From a virus (lineage: Duplodnaviria; Caudoviricetes): a DNA stretch of 64,000 nucleotides. Both the position numbers and the translations under genes were made by a program. The stretch is taken from the IMG/VR virus record IMGVR_UViG_3300009149_000032, positions 292 to 64,291 of that record. The stretch is one strand, 5' to 3'. Of this stretch, positions 63,706 through 64,000 are shown one piece after another. Numbering within the stretch: position 1 is the stretch's first letter; every line of letters starts with the position of its first letter. The notes below the pieces were generated by a model. That model did no database searches, was not told where the DNA came from, and was given only the letters and a program-made list of their open reading frames with translations.

Positions 63706-64000
63706 TTATAACTCTAGACCACCACCATCGTCTCCACCTTCGTCTCCACCATCATCTCCGAGTCCTGCATCATCTACTCCACCCTCTCCTTCACCCTCTT
63801 CACCACCCGCTTTTGCCGTTGCTTCCTCCTTCAACCACTTCTCATTCTCTGCAATCTTATCGTCTGACCAACCCATACCTTCTTTCAAGGCAGTTCTCTT
63901 AGCAAATACTGGTTCATCTGCATCGATATTGTTAGAGAAGTTAGAGAATCTGGTGAATTGTGCTTCCAATGCTTCAGCATTCTTCATGTATGTGAAGTAA
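63706..64000 (-). CDS. C-terminal end of a gp20-like portal protein (truncated by the window edge)
   Basis: F-K---LK--MGWSDD-I-E------EE plus acidic Gly-rich tail, as in T4-like portal C-termini. Confidence 0.6.
   Translation of the reverse strand, partial: YFTYMKNAEALEAQFTRFSNFSNNIDADEPVFAKRTALKEGMGWSDDKIAENEKWLKEEATAKAGGEEGEGEGGVDDAGLGDDGGDEGGDDGGGLEL

Noticed and set aside
1-64000. Stop-codon reassignment
   Set aside because: Conserved genes are full length in the standard code and TAA, TAG and TGA all end genes
1-64000. CRISPR array, tRNA, rRNA, retron or DGR
   Set aside because: No repeat-spacer array, cloverleaf or reverse transcriptase motif was seen; intergenic spaces are short

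Overview
This window is a 64-kb piece of a large, AT-rich, T4-like myophage genome. It reads in the standard bacterial code, and I saw no tRNA, rRNA, CRISPR array, integrase or reverse transcriptase. Layout: (1) 1-6.5 kb, + strand: Cys-rich tail/baseplate proteins ending in an internally duplicated beta-helix tailspike. (2) 6.5-12.2 kb, - strand: gp47, gp55-like late sigma factor, UvsX, gp32-like SSB, vWA, macrodomain, ThyX. (3) 12.4-30 kb, + strand: RuvC-like, RegA, family B DNA polymerase, gp41, gp46, UvsW, gp61, UvsY, class II RNR. (4) 30.7-42.8 kb and 49-53.5 kb: two blocks of more than 20 soluble glycosyl-, sulfo-, methyl- and pyruvyl-transferase-like genes, with two Maf/DUF115-like genes (one in the second block, one at 26.2 kb). 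(5) 43-48.3 kb: RNA ligase 2, a complete WGR/helical/catalytic PARP and an ATP-dependent DNA ligase, followed by an HNH gene. (6) 55.7-64 kb, - strand: late head/neck genes (portal C-terminus, acidic core proteins, gp13, a thioredoxin-fold protein). The best candidates for undescribed biology are the exporter-less glycan-building cluster, the eukaryote-type PARP with a macrodomain partner, a PolB ending in a beta-clamp-like motif, and a 1056-aa head protein that looks like a protease-processed polyprotein. All protein calls come from motif recognition by eye; no database search was run.
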